From the NCBI GenBank assembly GCA_037444445.1, contig JBBIMK010000002.1, positions 60,001-92,000 on the forward strand: a DNA stretch of 32,000 bases. The letters are read 5' to 3'. Shown here one piece after another: positions 31,050-32,000 of the stretch. Below the pieces are notes generated by a model. It ran no database searches. It was given only the letters and a program-made list of their open reading frames with translations, and was not told where the DNA came from. Each line of letters starts with the position of its first letter. Position 1 is the stretch's first letter. A program made the position numbers and the translations under genes. Origin of the DNA: a bacterium (GTDB taxonomy: Bacteria; UBP7; UBA6624; JBBIMK01).

Positions 31050-32000
31050 ATGGCGGTAGGTGGAATTAACCCGTGGGAAGTGGCGCTGAAGCAATTTCAT
31101 GATGCCGCTGAAATCATGGGATTGGATGATGATTTACGGCGGGTGCTCAGCACCTGCAAGCGAGAGCTCACGGTGAACTTTCCCGTGAAGATGGATGATG
31201 GGCGTATTGAGGTGTTTTCCGGCCACAGAGTTCAACACAATATTGCGCGGGGTCCGGCGAAGGGAGGCATTCGCTATGCACCGGATGTGACCCTGGATGA
31301 GGTGAAAGCCCTGGCGATGTGGATGACCTGGAAAACGGCAGTGGTGGGAATCCCTTATGGAGGCGCCAAAGGAGGTGTGGTGTGCAATCCGAAGAAAATG
31401 AGTCTGGGGGAGCTGGAAAGGCTTACCCGCCGATACGCCACGGAAATCTCTGTTATTATCGGACCTGAAAAGGACATCCCTGCCCCCGATGTGAACACTA
31501 ACCCCCAGGTAATGGCATGGATTATGGACACTATTTCCATGCATCAGGGTTATTCCATTCCTGGGGTGGTAACGGGAAAACCTCTGAACATCGGGGGAAG
31601 TCAGGGGCGATTTGAAGCCACTTCCCGTGGGGTTCTTTATACCACAATGGAAGCCATGGCACGCCGGGGTATCCCGGTGAAAGGGGCAAAAGTCTCCATT
31701 CAGGGATACGGAAATGCAGGTTCTATTGCGGCTCGGCTCTTCTCTGAGCAGGGTGCCATCATCGTTTCTGTCTCTGATTCCCAGGGAAGCATCATCAATT
31801 CCAAAGGATTAGATATAGCAGAAGTGAACAAGGTGAAAGCGGAGACCAAAACGGTGGTCAACTATAAGGATGCTGACAGAACCAAGGACACGAAGGCACC
31901 TCTCACGGTTCCCTGTGATGTATTGATACCGGCTGCACTGGAAAATCAGATAACAGCCGAGAATGCGGACCATGTGAAGGCGAAAATCGTCGCGGAAGCT
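31050..32000 (+). CDS. gdhA: Glutamate dehydrogenase (Glu/Leu/Phe/Val dehydrogenase family), 3'-partial at the window edge
   Basis: It is absent from the ORF track because no stop is reached. My own translation reads MAVGGINPWEVALKQFHDAAEIMGL... and includes RGPAKGGIRY, GIPYGGAKGG and the Rossmann motif IQGYGNAGS. SD CAGGAGG upstream. The frame is open to position 32000. Confidence 0.9.
   Translation, partial: MAVGGINPWEVALKQFHDAAEIMGLDDDLRRVLSTCKRELTVNFPVKMDDGRIEVFSGHRVQHNIARGPAKGGIRYAPDVTLDEVKALAMWMTWKTAVVGIPYGGAKGGVVCNPKKMSLGELERLTRRYATEISVIIGPEKDIPAPDVNTNPQVMAWIMDTISMHQGYSIPGVVTGKPLNIGGSQGRFEATSRGVLYTTMEAMARRGIPVKGAKVSIQGYGNAGSIAARLFSEQGAIIVSVSDSQGSIINSKGLDIAEVNKVKAETKTVVNYKDADRTKDTKAPLTVPCDVLIPAALENQITAENADHVKAKIVAEA

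Noticed and set aside
31134-31544. A 136-aa minus-strand ORF listed in the track
   Set aside because: It is antisense to the glutamate dehydrogenase gene. That gene's plus-strand translation carries the GGAKGG and GYGNAGS family motifs. The gdh ORF is missing from the track only because it has no stop inside the window.
1-32000. CRISPR arrays, tRNA/rRNA genes, IS elements, integrases and toxin-antitoxin pairs
   Set aside because: I saw no regularly spaced direct repeats, no T-loop-like GGTTCGAATCC motifs in the intergenic gaps, and no transposase, recombinase or reverse-transcriptase-like translations. This was a manual scan, so short or degenerate elements could have been missed.

Overview
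This is a bacterial chromosomal window with about 29 protein-coding genes. Scanning by eye, I found no rRNA, tRNA, CRISPR array, transposase or integrase. The content, left to right:

- **1-2315:** a 5'-truncated LonC/LonB-type protease.
- **2.3-9.4 kb:** a dense respiratory cluster. It holds a diheme cytochrome c, an 18-heme NrfH/NapC-anchored cytochrome on the minus strand, and a tightly coupled operon of pentaheme cytochrome, Rieske protein, b6-like cytochrome b, membrane-anchored pentaheme cytochrome and a polytopic membrane protein.
- **9.4-15.2 kb:** a LarA-like protein, an NHL propeller, a membrane protein, an aldehyde dehydrogenase and a Tat-signal aldo/keto reductase.
- **15.5-19.3 kb:** a stand-alone SNF2-family ATPase with its own near-consensus promoter, followed by a secreted protein with eight EF-hand loops.
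- **19.4-26.6 kb:** a co-directional RNA modification and repair run of mnmE, archease, rtcB, a TPR protein, a MnmA/ThiI-like PP-loop enzyme, a 90-aa ORF and a cysteine desulfurase.
- **26.5-29.6 kb:** a stand-alone MBL hydrolase translationally overlapped with a ComEC whose own MBL domain looks degenerate.
- **29.6-32.0 kb:** citrate synthase, and a glutamate dehydrogenase that runs off the 3' edge and is missing from the ORF track.

Nothing here is proven to be a new system. The best candidate for something undescribed is the roughly 30-heme cytochrome cluster built around a b6-type Rieske/cyt b core. After that come the RNA-maintenance cluster with its atypical thiolase and small ORF, the orphan SNF2 gene behind an unexplained GC-rich island, and the MBL/ComEC pair. 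One pattern recurs across the window: TGnTATAAT-type -10 boxes sit 9-10 nt upstream of start codons that lack a Shine-Dalgarno, which suggests frequent leaderless transcripts. All family calls come from motif recognition in the supplied translations. No database search was run.
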